Notes under the pieces: model-generated
Database searches by the model: none
Told to the model about the DNA's origin: nothing
What the model saw: the letters and a program-made list of their open reading frames with translations, nothing else
Assembly (NCBI GenBank): GCA_963716775.1
Contig: CAVQUI010000006.1
Coordinates: 212,740-276,739, forward strand
Direction: 5' to 3'
From: an uncultured delta proteobacterium
Lineage (GTDB): Bacteria; Myxococcota_A; Polyangia; Polyangiales; Houyiibacteriaceae
DNA: 64,000 nucleotides
Shown here: piece by piece, positions 29,745 to 41,971 of the stretch
Numbering within the stretch: position 1 is the stretch's first letter
Layout of the letters: each line of letters opens with the position of its first letter
Program-made: the position numbers and the translations under genes

Positions 29745-30721
29745 TGAAGGAGGTGCTCGAGATTGCGCGCGCTGGGGAGCGCTTCCTGGTGGCATGCCAT
29801 CGCCGCCCCGATGCGGACTCGCTCGGTTCGGCGCTCGGGCTGATCAAGACCTTACGAGCGATTGGCAAGGAAGCGACGCTGTTCATGCCCGAAGCGATTC
29901 CGGACTCGCTCCTCTTCTTGATGGACGACGAGCAGGGCATCGCGGAGGTGCCTCCGGGTATGACTTTCGACGCGACCTGGGTGATGGACATCGCGGCCAA
30001 GGCACTGCTGCCTCCGGGGTTCCCGAGCCCCGAGGTCACCGGACCGGTCGTCATCGTCGACCACCACCATGCCCACGACGACGTCGGTGACATCGTGTAT
30101 CGCGACACGGACGCCGCAGCCACGGGCGAGGTCGTCGTCAAGCTCATCGAAGGACTCGGCCTGGACTCGCTTCCCGAGGGGTCTGCTACTCCGATTTACG
30201 CCGCCATCCTTTCCGACACGGGCGGCTTTCGATACGCGACGACGAAGCCTGCCACTCTGCGCCTCGGGGCAAGACTCCTCGAAGAAGGCGCGGACCCATG
30301 GCATGTTGCGTATCAGTTGTTCGAGCGCTGGGAGCCCGCCCGACTCAAGTTGCTGTCGGCGATCATCGCAACCCTCGAGTTCGCGTTCGACGGTCGGGTC
30401 GCGATCATGCGTGTGACCCGCGAGATGCTCGCGGCCATCGGCGCCAACGACGACATGGTCGAAGGCATGGTGAACTACGCTCGGCGGGTCGAAGGCGCCG
30501 AGATCGGTGCCTTGCTCTGGGAGTGGCCCGTTCATGACGCAGCCGGCGAGCGACTGCAGACCAAGATAAGCCTACGCTCGCGCGGCGATGCCGACGTGTC
30601 GAAGATTGCCGCTGCCCTCAATGGCGGGGGACATCGGGCCGCGGCCGCGACCCAGCTCGACGTTTCGATCGACGAGGCTGAGGCGCTGCTGCGAGACGAG
30701 CTCGCCAAGTATTTCGGATGA
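29744..30721 (+). CDS. DHH/DHHA1-family phosphoesterase (NrnA-like oligoribonuclease / pAp phosphatase)
   Basis: This is the 3' part of ORF 29147..30721. It has HRRPDADSLGSALGL, VVIVDHHH, DTGGFRY and GGGHRAAA. The ATG at 29744 overlaps the rbfA stop (TGATG). Confidence 0.75.
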   Translation: MKEVLEIARAGERFLVACHRRPDADSLGSALGLIKTLRAIGKEATLFMPEAIPDSLLFLMDDEQGIAEVPPGMTFDATWVMDIAAKALLPPGFPSPEVTGPVVIVDHHHAHDDVGDIVYRDTDAAATGEVVVKLIEGLGLDSLPEGSATPIYAAILSDTGGFRYATTKPATLRLGARLLEEGADPWHVAYQLFERWEPARLKLLSAIIATLEFAFDGRVAIMRVTREMLAAIGANDDMVEGMVNYARRVEGAEIGALLWEWPVHDAAGERLQTKISLRSRGDADVSKIAAALNGGGHRAAAATQLDVSIDEAEALLRDELAKYFG

Positions 30722-31629
30722 ACGGCGTCCTGATCGTCGACAAGCCGGCGGGATGCACATCCCACGATGTCGTGCAGCGCGTTCGCAAGGCGATTGGGCA
30801 GCGGTCCGTGGGTCACGCGGGGACGCTCGACCCACTTGCGACCGGTGTTCTGGTCGTCGCGCTGGGGGAGGGGACGAAGCTCGTTTCGCATCTTCAACGA
30901 GATGACAAGCGCTACGAGGTGAGCATCGCCCTCGGAGCAGAAACCGATTCGCTCGATGCAGATGGTGAGATCGTCCGGACGGCCGAGGTGCCAGCACTCG
31001 ATCGCGAAACCGTGGAGAAGGCGCTCGCGACGTTCATTGGGCGTCACCCACAAGAGGCGCCGAAGCTCAGCGCGATCAAAGTCGGGGGTACACCGCTTCA
31101 CCGTCGGATGCGTCGCGGCGAGGAGGTCGAGGCCCCGGTGCGAGAGGTCGAGCTCTACTCGGGCAGCGTCACTGAGCTGAGTCAGGAGACGCTCGTCTTG
31201 AGTCTTCACTGTGGCAAGGGTTTCTACGTGCGTTCGCTAGCGCGCGACCTTGCCCGCTCCCTCGGGACCCTCGGTCACGTCAAACATCTGCGACGGACCG
31301 CCAGCGGCGCGTTCTCACTCGACTCGGCCCTCTACGGCGACCAGTTGACGGCGGAGGCGATCTCCGAGCGATTGATTCCCTTGAGGGAGGCCTGCAATGC
31401 GCTTCGGCGGGTCGAGCTCAGCGACGAAGGTGTTGCCCATGCCCGTCACGGCCGGCCGATCGGTCCGGAGGTCATTGCCGACGATGACTGGCGGGCCGCG
31501 TCGCCGGAGGAGTCACTGGCGCTGTTCGGGCCCGACGGCGAGCCGGTCGCCCTTGGACGGCGAGTCGATGGAGGCATTCGTGTCGTCCGTGGTTTCACCG
31601 CGACGGCCGCCGATGTGCTAAGTCGCTAG
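30718..31629 (+). CDS. truB: tRNA pseudouridine(55) synthase TruB
   Basis: The 303-aa ORF has GVLIVDKPAGCTSHDVV and the catalytic-Asp motif GHAGTLDPLATGVL. Its start overlaps the upstream stop (ATGA). Confidence 0.9.
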   Translation: MNGVLIVDKPAGCTSHDVVQRVRKAIGQRSVGHAGTLDPLATGVLVVALGEGTKLVSHLQRDDKRYEVSIALGAETDSLDADGEIVRTAEVPALDRETVEKALATFIGRHPQEAPKLSAIKVGGTPLHRRMRRGEEVEAPVREVELYSGSVTELSQETLVLSLHCGKGFYVRSLARDLARSLGTLGHVKHLRRTASGAFSLDSALYGDQLTAEAISERLIPLREACNALRRVELSDEGVAHARHGRPIGPEVIADDDWRAASPEESLALFGPDGEPVALGRRVDGGIRVVRGFTATAADVLSR

Positions 31630-31630
31630 C

Positions 31631-32884
31631 GTGGAGCGCACGCGCTGCCTCATCGTCGGAGCCGGTGTCAGCGGCCTTGCTTTTGCCGATTGGCGGCGAG
31701 ACGACGACTACTTGATCGTCGAAGCACAAGAGGAGATCGGAGGCCACTGTCGAACCGTCAAGCGCGACGGATTCGTCTGGGACTACTCGGGACACTTCTT
31801 CCATTTTCGACATCCGGAGATCGAGCAATACCTGATCGACCGAATGGGGCGTCAGGATGTCCTTCGTGTGCAGCGCGACAGTCGGATTTGGTACGCAGAC
31901 CGTTACATCGATTTTCCGTTTCAGAAGAACATTCATCAGTTGCCCCGATCGGAGCACGAGCAGTGCCTACGAGACCTGCATGACCGCCCCGAAGAGAAGA
32001 GCGGCAACTTCAAAGACATGCTCTACGCTCGCTACGGCCGTGGTATCGCCGAGAAGTTTCTGATTCCGTACAACGAGAAGCTCTACGCCATGAACCTGGC
32101 AGCGCTCGACCCCGACGCGATGGGTCGCTTCTTTCCGCACGCCAGTGTGGAGGAAATCATCGAGAACGCCGACAGGCCCAGCGTCGATGGCTACAACGCG
32201 ACGTTTACCTATCCGGAGGGCGGGGCGATTCAGTACATCCATGCGCTTGCCCAGGGCGTGCGCGGCGACAGGATTACGGTGAGCGAACGGGTGCTCGGCA
32301 TCGACCTCGAGGCCAAAGTGGCCAAGACGAGCAGGCGGCAGATCGGCTACGACTTCTTGATCAGCACCGCTCCGCTGGTGTCGCTGCTCGACATGTGCGC
32401 GATTCGGTACGACTCAGCCGTATTCAGCCACAACAAAGTGCAGGTCTTCAACCTGGGCTTCGACAGCAAGGGCCCGCCCGGCGTCCATTGGATTTACTAC
32501 CCGCAGCGAGAGCTGTCGTTCTATCGCGTGGGCTTCTACGACAACATTTTCGATTCGGAGCGGATGAGCTTGTATGTCGAGGTCGGCGTGCCCTGGGGCG
32601 TCGAGCTCTCCGAGGACGACCGCGGCGCATTGAAAGCGAAGGTGCTCACCGATCTCCAAAGCTGTGGAGTGCTCGACAATCAGACGCTGATCGCCTCGCA
32701 CGACGTGCTCCTCGATCCCGCGTACGTTCACATCACCAGGAGGTCGGTCGCCGAAGCCGCGACCAGGCTAGCCCTGCTCGCTGCCCAAGACGTTCATTCA
32801 ATCGGTCGCTACGGAGCCTGGACCTATTGCTCGATCGAAGACAACATCGTGGAGGCGCGGGCGCTGGCCGAACGCCTTGCCTAG
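31631..32884 (+). CDS. FAD/NAD(P)-binding oxidoreductase (amine oxidase / UDP-galactopyranose mutase-like fold)
   Basis: The 417-aa ORF has the dinucleotide-binding motif IVGAGVSGLAFA...EAQEEIGGHCRT. The substrate is unknown. Confidence 0.65.
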   Translation: MERTRCLIVGAGVSGLAFADWRRDDDYLIVEAQEEIGGHCRTVKRDGFVWDYSGHFFHFRHPEIEQYLIDRMGRQDVLRVQRDSRIWYADRYIDFPFQKNIHQLPRSEHEQCLRDLHDRPEEKSGNFKDMLYARYGRGIAEKFLIPYNEKLYAMNLAALDPDAMGRFFPHASVEEIIENADRPSVDGYNATFTYPEGGAIQYIHALAQGVRGDRITVSERVLGIDLEAKVAKTSRRQIGYDFLISTAPLVSLLDMCAIRYDSAVFSHNKVQVFNLGFDSKGPPGVHWIYYPQRELSFYRVGFYDNIFDSERMSLYVEVGVPWGVELSEDDRGALKAKVLTDLQSCGVLDNQTLIASHDVLLDPAYVHITRRSVAEAATRLALLAAQDVHSIGRYGAWTYCSIEDNIVEARALAERLA

Positions 32885-32982
32885 CTCGCCGCCTGGCGAA
32901 TCTTCACGCGAAATCGCGATCAGACGCCGATTCGCAGGACGTCTCGCCTTGCCAGTACGTCCAGCTGTCCGATAATCGGCAG

Positions 32983-34089
32983 ATGTCGAGCACATCCAGC
33001 ACGTGGCGCGCGATTGGCGCCGGTCTCCTATTCGTTCTCGCCCTTGGTCTCGCTTCTTGCACGAGCAAGAGCAAGACCGTGGAGAAGAAAGCTCCGGCCG
33101 CCGAAACGGCACCGGAGAAGGTCGTAGTTCCGCCAGCGCCGGCGGACTTCCCCGAGCTGAAGATTCCCGCGGACAACCCGCAGACTGCAGAGAAGATCGC
33201 CCTGGGGCAGCAACTCTTCTTCGATCCGCGCCTGAGCGTGGACGGCTCGCGCTCCTGTTACTCCTGCCATCAGAACGAGCACGGCAACGGTGGGGAGACC
33301 TCGCTTGCCGTCGGTGCGAAGGAGAAGCAGCTCAGCCGCCACAGCCCCGTGATCTGGAACACGGCCTATTTCGATGCGTTCTACTGGGATGGCCGATCAG
33401 GCAGCCTCGAGGCCCAGGTCAAGGGCGCCTGGGGCGGCGGCAACATGGGTGTCGGTGCGGAGAACCTCTCGGCGAAGGCAGCCGAGGTCGCGAAGATCAA
33501 AGGCTATGCGAAGCAGTTCAAGAAGGTGTTCCCCGAGGAAGGTGTGACACCGGACACGATCGCGAAGGCGATTTCGGCGTACGAACGAACCCTGATCTGC
33601 AACGACACCCCGTACGACAGCTACGCGAAGGGCGAACAGAGCGCGCTCAGCGATGAGCAGAAGAAAGGTTGGACGCTGTTCATGGGGAAGGCCCAATGCG
33701 CAGTGTGTCATGCACCTCCGCTCTTCTCGACTGCGATGGGAGCGCCAGGCGGGCTCTACTACAACGTCGGAATAGGTACGCCCGGTAAGGCGGACGACGA
33801 CGTGGACGTCGGGCGCTTCAAAGTCACTGAGCAAGACGCCGACTGGGGCGCTTTCAAGGTTCCGTCCCTACGCAACGCTTCCAAGAGCGCCCCGTACTTC
33901 CACGATGGCTCGGTCTTCACCTTGGCGGAGGCGGTCAAAGTCATGGCCACCGGCGGCATCGACAACAAGAACAAGACGCCGCTCCTGTCCGATCGTGGGC
34001 TGAGCGATGATGAGCTGGCTGCGTTGACCGCGTTCCTCGGAGCTCTTGACTGCGGCGGGACTCTAGAACAGCCGAAGTTGCCGAAGTAG
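32983..34089 (+). CDS. Di-heme cytochrome c peroxidase (CCP/MauG family) lipoprotein
   Basis: This is the 3' part of ORF 32395..34089, starting from the ATG at 32983. It has the lipobox LGLASCTS and two heme motifs, CYSCH and CAVCH, plus PSLRNASKSAPYFHDGS. Confidence 0.85.
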   Translation: MSSTSSTWRAIGAGLLFVLALGLASCTSKSKTVEKKAPAAETAPEKVVVPPAPADFPELKIPADNPQTAEKIALGQQLFFDPRLSVDGSRSCYSCHQNEHGNGGETSLAVGAKEKQLSRHSPVIWNTAYFDAFYWDGRSGSLEAQVKGAWGGGNMGVGAENLSAKAAEVAKIKGYAKQFKKVFPEEGVTPDTIAKAISAYERTLICNDTPYDSYAKGEQSALSDEQKKGWTLFMGKAQCAVCHAPPLFSTAMGAPGGLYYNVGIGTPGKADDDVDVGRFKVTEQDADWGAFKVPSLRNASKSAPYFHDGSVFTLAEAVKVMATGGIDNKNKTPLLSDRGLSDDELAALTAFLGALDCGGTLEQPKLPK

Positions 34090-34187
34090 ACGAAGCCCCG
34101 TATCGCGCCTTTTTCGGAGTCCCGGTATGCCCGTTCATCGTCGTTGCGGCCGGCGCAGAGCGTTTCGCGCTGGTACCGGTGGAGGGG

Positions 34188-34622
34188 TCAGTGTGACGTC
34201 GGGACGTAGCCGGCGATCATCATGTCGTTGACCTGATCGAGGGCCGCCTTCCAGGAGCGCGCCAGAGCCGGTGTCCAGTCAGAGCCGGACACCGCAGCGA
34301 GTGCCTCGAGCAGTGCCTCCGCGTAGGGCGGATACATCTCGGCCGGCGTCTCGTAAGAGAACTGATGTCGCGAGCCCATCGCGTGGACGTAATCGCCGAG
34401 CCATGGCTCCTGGTCGAGCATGTTGAGGACGGCCGCGAGCGTCTCGCTCATCATCCGCTGCTGGTTCGCACGGCTGTACGTGCCGAATAGCTCTTCGGCA
34501 TCAGGAAGCTTCGCGAAGAGGTTCTCGTAGAGATGGTCGGTCAGCGCGGCCTCGTGTTCGGACAGCTCGGCCAGGTGTTCCCTGAGCAGATCCTTGTCGA
34601 TTTCCCGAGCCGAGGGGTTCAT
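34188..34622 (-). CDS. Single-domain globin-like protein
   Basis: The 144-aa all-helical ORF has a LFGTY...ANQQRMMSETLAAVL...MGSRHQFSY pattern resembling a bacterial globin with a proximal His. The assignment is tentative. Confidence 0.55.
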   Translation of the reverse strand: MNPSAREIDKDLLREHLAELSEHEAALTDHLYENLFAKLPDAEELFGTYSRANQQRMMSETLAAVLNMLDQEPWLGDYVHAMGSRHQFSYETPAEMYPPYAEALLEALAAVSGSDWTPALARSWKAALDQVNDMMIAGYVPTSH

Positions 34623-34830
34623 GTTTTGCTTTACAATGATAAAGTAAGCGGCCAGCCGAAAGGGATCGGGAACGGGAGCGCTTCTCTCGTCTGTTGCTCG
34701 GGTTCCGAGCCCGGAGCGCGCATTGGCGGCCGGCAGGCGTCGCGGTTCCTGGTCGGGCGTGATGAGGGTCGCGCTCGTGATCGGGTTTGCGTTTCGGGAT
34801 TGAGCCCGGGCGCAGGAACGGGGTTGAGTT

Positions 34831-34905
34831 TGGAGGCGCCGGTCAGGATCGAACTGACGAATGGAGATTTTGCAAACCTCTGCCTTACCACTTGGCTACG
34901 GCGCC
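34831..34905 (-). tRNA. tRNA-Cys (anticodon GCA) with encoded CCA
   Basis: The reverse complement reads GGCGCCG-TA-GCCAAGTGGTAAGGCA-GAGGT-TTGCAAA-ATCTC-CATTC-GTCAG-TTCGATC-CTGAC-CGGCGCC-T-CCA. The acceptor, anticodon and T stems all pair, and the T-loop is TTCGATC. Confidence 0.9.
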
Positions 34906-35011
34906 GGGGGCTGCAATCTGTAGCGCTTCTAACGGCGCTTGTCACGCAGCGTTTTCACCTTAGCCGATGACCGGGGTGGCGCGCCAGAGGGGCCGTGGTA
35001 GGCAATCCCAC

Positions 35012-37687
<2,676 letters not shown>

Positions 37688-37705
37688 GCGACTGCCTAGG
37701 GCGTC

Positions 37706-38698
37706 ATGTCACTCGTCTTCGTAATCTCGCCGCCCCGAGCCGGGTCGACCCTGCTTCAGCGCATGATGGGCGCGCACTCCGAGATCTTCACGCATCCGGA
37801 GCCACATTTGATTACGCCGATCGCGCACCTCGGCGTCTACGACAACGTCGACAAGGCACCTTACGACCACATCAATGCCGCGGAGGCGACCAAGTCTTTC
37901 ATCGAAGGCCTGCCGGGCGGGGAGCAAGACTACCTCGATGCGCTTCGCGCGTACACCGACACGCTCTATGGCCGGATGTTGTCGACCAGCGAGAGCAGCT
38001 ACTTTCTCGACAAGACGCCCGCCAACGCGCTGGTGCTGCCGTTCTTGCAGCGCATCTATCCGGACGCGAAGTACGTAGTGCTCACCAGGCACCCGCTTGC
38101 GGTCTTCAGCTCGTACGCGAATAGCTTTTTCGATGGTGACTGGCAGGGCGCCCATGCGTTCAACCCGATCCTCGAACGCTACGTGCCGGCGATGGCAGCG
38201 TTCCTGCGAGAGCGCCCCGTCCCTCTGTTGAACGTCGCATACGAAGACCTGGTGACCGCCCCTGCAGCGCAGCTGGAGCGCGTTTTCGCGTTCCTCGGGC
38301 TCGAGAACGACCCGGACGCGGTGGAGTACGGCAAGGCCGGTCCCGCGAAGAAGGGCATGGGAGACCCGATCACCGTCGACAGTGAAGGCCGGCCCGTCGC
38401 AGACAAGATCGACAAATGGGCGGCGGAGCTCGCCCACGACGCCGAGAAGCGCGCTCTGGCCGAGGAGATGATCGGGCGGCTCGACCCGGTCGACCTTGAA
38501 GCCTGGGACTGGCCTCAGGAAGCCCTTTGGGCCCCGATTGAAATCGCAGGCGGCGCTCCGGCACCCAAACCGGCGCGGAACAGCTACACCTTGCAGCGAC
38601 GCGTGATGCTCGCGCTCAAGAAGGACATTCACAGCCGCCCTCACGGCAAGCTCGTCAAGCGTCTGAAGTACTACTGCGACGTGCTGCTCAGGGAGTAG
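37706..38698 (+). CDS. Sulfotransferase-family protein
   Basis: The 330-aa ORF has a PAPS 5'-phosphosulfate-binding-like ISPPRAGSTLLQRMM and a later VVLTRHPLAVFSS. The acceptor is unknown. Confidence 0.7.
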   Translation: MSLVFVISPPRAGSTLLQRMMGAHSEIFTHPEPHLITPIAHLGVYDNVDKAPYDHINAAEATKSFIEGLPGGEQDYLDALRAYTDTLYGRMLSTSESSYFLDKTPANALVLPFLQRIYPDAKYVVLTRHPLAVFSSYANSFFDGDWQGAHAFNPILERYVPAMAAFLRERPVPLLNVAYEDLVTAPAAQLERVFAFLGLENDPDAVEYGKAGPAKKGMGDPITVDSEGRPVADKIDKWAAELAHDAEKRALAEEMIGRLDPVDLEAWDWPQEALWAPIEIAGGAPAPKPARNSYTLQRRVMLALKKDIHSRPHGKLVKRLKYYCDVLLRE

Positions 38699-39494
38699 GG
38701 CGCCGTCGGGCGACGATGACCTGAGATTCGGTGGCCGCGCTGATCGCTCCTCCGTCGAAATCACCCGCATGCGATTCCACCGCGAAGCCGTTGTAGTGCA
38801 GCAGTGCTTCGAGCTCGGCCGGGAAGAACTGCCGCTGGGTGAGCGGTGTGCAGAACGAACGATCGTCGTCACCGGGATGCTCGAAGTCCATGAACACCGT
38901 CTCGATCTGTGTGAGCGGATCGTAGCCAAAGTACTCGCTGTAGCGGTATCGAGCTCCGTCGCGCGGATGAGGGACTTCGCCACCGCGATAGCGCTTTGAT
39001 GGATCTCGGGCGAGGCTGACCGGGTCAGGAAGCAAGACGTCGAAGGCGAAGCGGCCCCTGGGCTCGAGGTGATGCCGCACCGTCGCGAAGCCTCGCTCGA
39101 TCTCACGACGGGTGTAGAGGTGCATCCATACGTTGAACGGCGCGATCACTAGGGGGAACTTCCGGCGTAGGCGGAGGCGCTCGAGCGTGCCTTCTCGCAA
39201 CTCGATGCGATCCCTGGCGGCGCGAGGAAGGCTCTCGATTCGCTTGCGGGCCCGAGACAACATTGGTTCCATGGGGTCCACGCCGACTATCTCGACGCCT
39301 GCCTTGGCGATGGCAAGCGCAACGCGACCAGTTCCGACTCCAAGCTCCAGGACGGGGCCTCCCGACTTCAGGGCGAGGTCGGCGTAGAAGCGAACGTCGT
39401 GCCGGCGGCGGCGATAGGCCTGGTCGTAGTACTGTCCGTCCTCGTAGTGGGCCTCTGATCCCGTCGCGCCGCGCGGTGGTTTCGGTCTAGCCAC
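38688..39494 (-). CDS. Class I SAM-dependent methyltransferase
   Basis: This is the 3' part of ORF 38688..39599. It has the SAM motif VLELGVGTGRVALAIAKAG.EIVGVD. The GTG at 39494 overlaps the upstream stop by 8 nt. Confidence 0.7.
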   Translation of the reverse strand: MARPKPPRGATGSEAHYEDGQYYDQAYRRRRHDVRFYADLALKSGGPVLELGVGTGRVALAIAKAGVEIVGVDPMEPMLSRARKRIESLPRAARDRIELREGTLERLRLRRKFPLVIAPFNVWMHLYTRREIERGFATVRHHLEPRGRFAFDVLLPDPVSLARDPSKRYRGGEVPHPRDGARYRYSEYFGYDPLTQIETVFMDFEHPGDDDRSFCTPLTQRQFFPAELEALLHYNGFAVESHAGDFDGGAISAATESQVIVARRRPTP

Positions 39495-40266
39495 GTGCGA
39501 CCGCCAAGTGAGCAGCGAGCTCAGCAAAGCCGCGGCCGCGGTCGCCGTCGGTGACGTAGCGCGGCGGCGTGGAAAGACGATCCAAGTGTTCCCGGACATT
39601 CGCTACGCCAACGCTCTTCGGAAAACGAGCGAAAGCGGCCGCGTCGTTGCCACTGTCGCCGACGAAAACCCAGCGCTCGATCTCCTCGGCTAGATCGATG
39701 TCGAGGACTTCGCGCAAGGCGCGGGCCACGCCTTCGGCCTTGTCCCAGGGTCCGGGAACGGCGTGCGCATGCACCGTTGAAACCGACGTGCGCGCGCCGA
39801 GCCTCTCGATGAGATCGACCAGCGCATCGATCTCCGCGCGCGGCAACGACTGCGATTCTCCCACGTCGAAGGCGAGGTCGCAGCGGCGATGGCGGTGATC
39901 GTTCGTGGTTCGCACATGGGGCATGGCCGACGCGACCTTCTGGCGAACGGCGTTCAGCAGGTCCGCTTGCAGGGCGCGTTCGGCCTCGTCGCAGAAATAG
40001 CCCTCGTGCGCACCGTCCGCGTCGACCCAGGTCCAGCCCGCGCCGTTTTCACCGACGGCGATCCGGACCGGCCAGAGCCGGGCGATCACGTCGGTCCAGC
40101 CCAGAGGCCGGCCAGTGACCGCCACCAGCTCGAAACCGGCGCCCGCCAGTCGGTGCATCGCGGCGTACGCAGCAGGTTCGAGTACGCCATTTCGGGTGAC
40201 GGTGTCGTCGATATCGAACACCAGGCCGCGAATACCAGCCGGATCCAGCTCTCGATAGCTCTCCAT
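39487..40266 (-). CDS. HAD-superfamily (IIB-like) sugar-phosphate phosphatase
   Basis: This is the 3' part of ORF 39487..40377, starting from the ATG at 40266. It has the HAD motifs LVFDIDDTVT, VTGRP and GDSGNDAAAF. Confidence 0.7.
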   Translation of the reverse strand: MESYRELDPAGIRGLVFDIDDTVTRNGVLEPAAYAAMHRLAGAGFELVAVTGRPLGWTDVIARLWPVRIAVGENGAGWTWVDADGAHEGYFCDEAERALQADLLNAVRQKVASAMPHVRTTNDHRHRRCDLAFDVGESQSLPRAEIDALVDLIERLGARTSVSTVHAHAVPGPWDKAEGVARALREVLDIDLAEEIERWVFVGDSGNDAAAFARFPKSVGVANVREHLDRLSTPPRYVTDGDRGRGFAELAAHLAVARG

Positions 40267-40345
40267 CAGGGCTCCCCATACCACAGCCCTGGACTTGCAG
40301 ACCCCTTCCGGGCGGCGTACCGTGGAATCTAACGGAGGGGATTTC

Positions 40346-40582
40346 GTGCCCAATCTTGGATTCGGCGAGCTAGTCATCGTTTTTCTGATCGTGATGCTGA
40401 TTTTCGGCGCCGGACGGCTGCCTCAAATCGGCGAAGGGCTCGGAAAAGCCATCCGCAACCTAAAGCGGGGCCTCAACACCGATGACGACATCGATGTGAC
40501 CCCGACCGAGAAGCAAGTCCCCAAGCAATCCGCCTCCCGCGTGGAGGATGCTGAAGTCGTCGACAAGGTCGAGACGAAGTAG
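40346..40582 (+). CDS. tatA: Twin-arginine translocase subunit TatA/E
   Basis: This is the 3' part of ORF 40295..40582. The GTG at 40346 is preceded by GGAGGGG. The sequence FGELVIVFLIVMLIFGAGRLPQIGEGLGKAIRNLKRG is TatA-like. Confidence 0.85.
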   Translation: MPNLGFGELVIVFLIVMLIFGAGRLPQIGEGLGKAIRNLKRGLNTDDDIDVTPTEKQVPKQSASRVEDAEVVDKVETK

Positions 40583-40585
40583 CCG

Positions 40586-41389
40586 TCAATCGCTTGGCGG
40601 CTCGGTTCGCGCCGTTCGCATCTCGAGAATCGCCTTGCAGCTCAGCCGGACCGTTGCGGCGAGCTCCGACGATGTCGCTGCTTGCTTCAGCTCGGTCTTG
40701 CGCAGAAGAGGTGCGAGCAGAAGCGCCGTGTCGACTGGCGTGTGGGGATTGCGAATGATGGCGTTCCGCGGACGGTAGCGGACGACCCATCGTCGATTGC
40801 GGTAGACCGTTTGCAGCACATTCGGATCACTGGGACGCGCGGCGCAGATGCGGATGACGTCGTCTTCTGTGAGTGAGGGGTTGTCGAGGAGAATGCGAAC
40901 GACGTCGGGATGCGGGTCACGCACGACCCGTTGAATCAGCAAGCGGTCGTGCGTGCGTGCCAATGATTTCCGTTCGCCCAGCGTCAGTGGACGACCGCGC
41001 CCGAAATCGGGAACACGTCGACGGTCTTCCTGGGGTTCGTCTTCTTCGCTGGGCGGCATGACGAAGTCCGCGACCTGATGAAGCTCTGCGCGCCGAGCAG
41101 CCTTGCCGAGCGCGACCCGACGTGGTTCGATTCGCGGCTCGAAGAGCGCCCAGCCGAAGGCGAGGAACACGAGCTGCGCATCGGACTCTCCAAGAGCGGC
41201 TCCCAAGTGCGCATCGTGGAGCAGTTGCACAGCGTCGCGGTCGGACAAGGACAGGAGTCGCTCGCAGATTAATCCGACGCGCATGTCGATCTCGTCGAGC
41301 CGGGCCAGCCGCCGAAAGAGCTCCCCGAACGATGTTGCCTGCTCCGCGGCCACAGTACCCCTCTGACTAGCGTAATGAGGGCGTCCCAA
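40586..41389 (-). CDS. Hypothetical protein with HEAT/LRV-like helical repeats
   Basis: The 267-aa ORF has repeats such as DPHPDVVRILLDNPSLTEDDVIRI and NPHTPVDTALLLAP. I recognise no catalytic motifs. Confidence 0.4.
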   Translation of the reverse strand: MGRPHYASQRGTVAAEQATSFGELFRRLARLDEIDMRVGLICERLLSLSDRDAVQLLHDAHLGAALGESDAQLVFLAFGWALFEPRIEPRRVALGKAARRAELHQVADFVMPPSEEDEPQEDRRRVPDFGRGRPLTLGERKSLARTHDRLLIQRVVRDPHPDVVRILLDNPSLTEDDVIRICAARPSDPNVLQTVYRNRRWVVRYRPRNAIIRNPHTPVDTALLLAPLLRKTELKQAATSSELAATVRLSCKAILEMRTARTEPPSD

Positions 41390-41436
41390 AGCGCCAGCTT
41401 GACGCAGTGCGTCGCCGGGCTAGCCTGTCGTCAGGC

Positions 41437-41940
41437 ATGCCAGAGGTGGAACAGATTCGGGTCATCAAGCGCTATGCGAACCGCAAGCTCTACGACACCC
41501 GCGACAGCAGGTACGTGACGCTCGACCGCATCGCCGAGCTCGTCCGAAATGGCGAAGAGGTCAAGGTCCTCGACAATCGCTCGAAGGCCGACCTGACCAA
41601 AATCACGCTCGCGCAGATCATCTATGAAGAGCAGAAGAGCGGAAATGCCACGGCTTGGTCGGTGCAGAGCCTCCGCGGCTTCATCCAGCAAGGGCGCCAG
41701 AAGTTCCTGACTTCACTCAAAGAAGGACCGGTCGGCAAGCTGGTCGGGCGTGCCGAGGAGCTTGGCGCCGAGGTCTACAACGCTGCCGACGATCGCGTCC
41801 GCAGCGTCCTCGAAAGCGCGGCGAACCACGTGAAGCAGCTTCAGGGCGAAGTGCTGCGGCTCCAGACTCGAATCGAGGAGCTAGAGGCGAAGCTCCGCCA
41901 GGGCTCCCAAAAGGACGAACCGCCTGATAACGTGGAATAA
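41437..41940 (+). CDS. phaR: PhaR-family (polyhydroxyalkanoate synthesis repressor-like) DNA-binding protein
   Basis: In ORF 41407..41940 the sequence IKRYANRKLYDTRDSRYVTLDRIAELVRNGEEVKVLDNRSKADLTKITLAQIIYEE is the PhaR N-terminal signature. The start is either 41437 or 41407. Confidence 0.8.
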   Translation: MPEVEQIRVIKRYANRKLYDTRDSRYVTLDRIAELVRNGEEVKVLDNRSKADLTKITLAQIIYEEQKSGNATAWSVQSLRGFIQQGRQKFLTSLKEGPVGKLVGRAEELGAEVYNAADDRVRSVLESAANHVKQLQGEVLRLQTRIEELEAKLRQGSQKDEPPDNVE

Positions 41941-41971
41941 TCCCTGGCACCAGGGGTTCTACGAGACAGGC

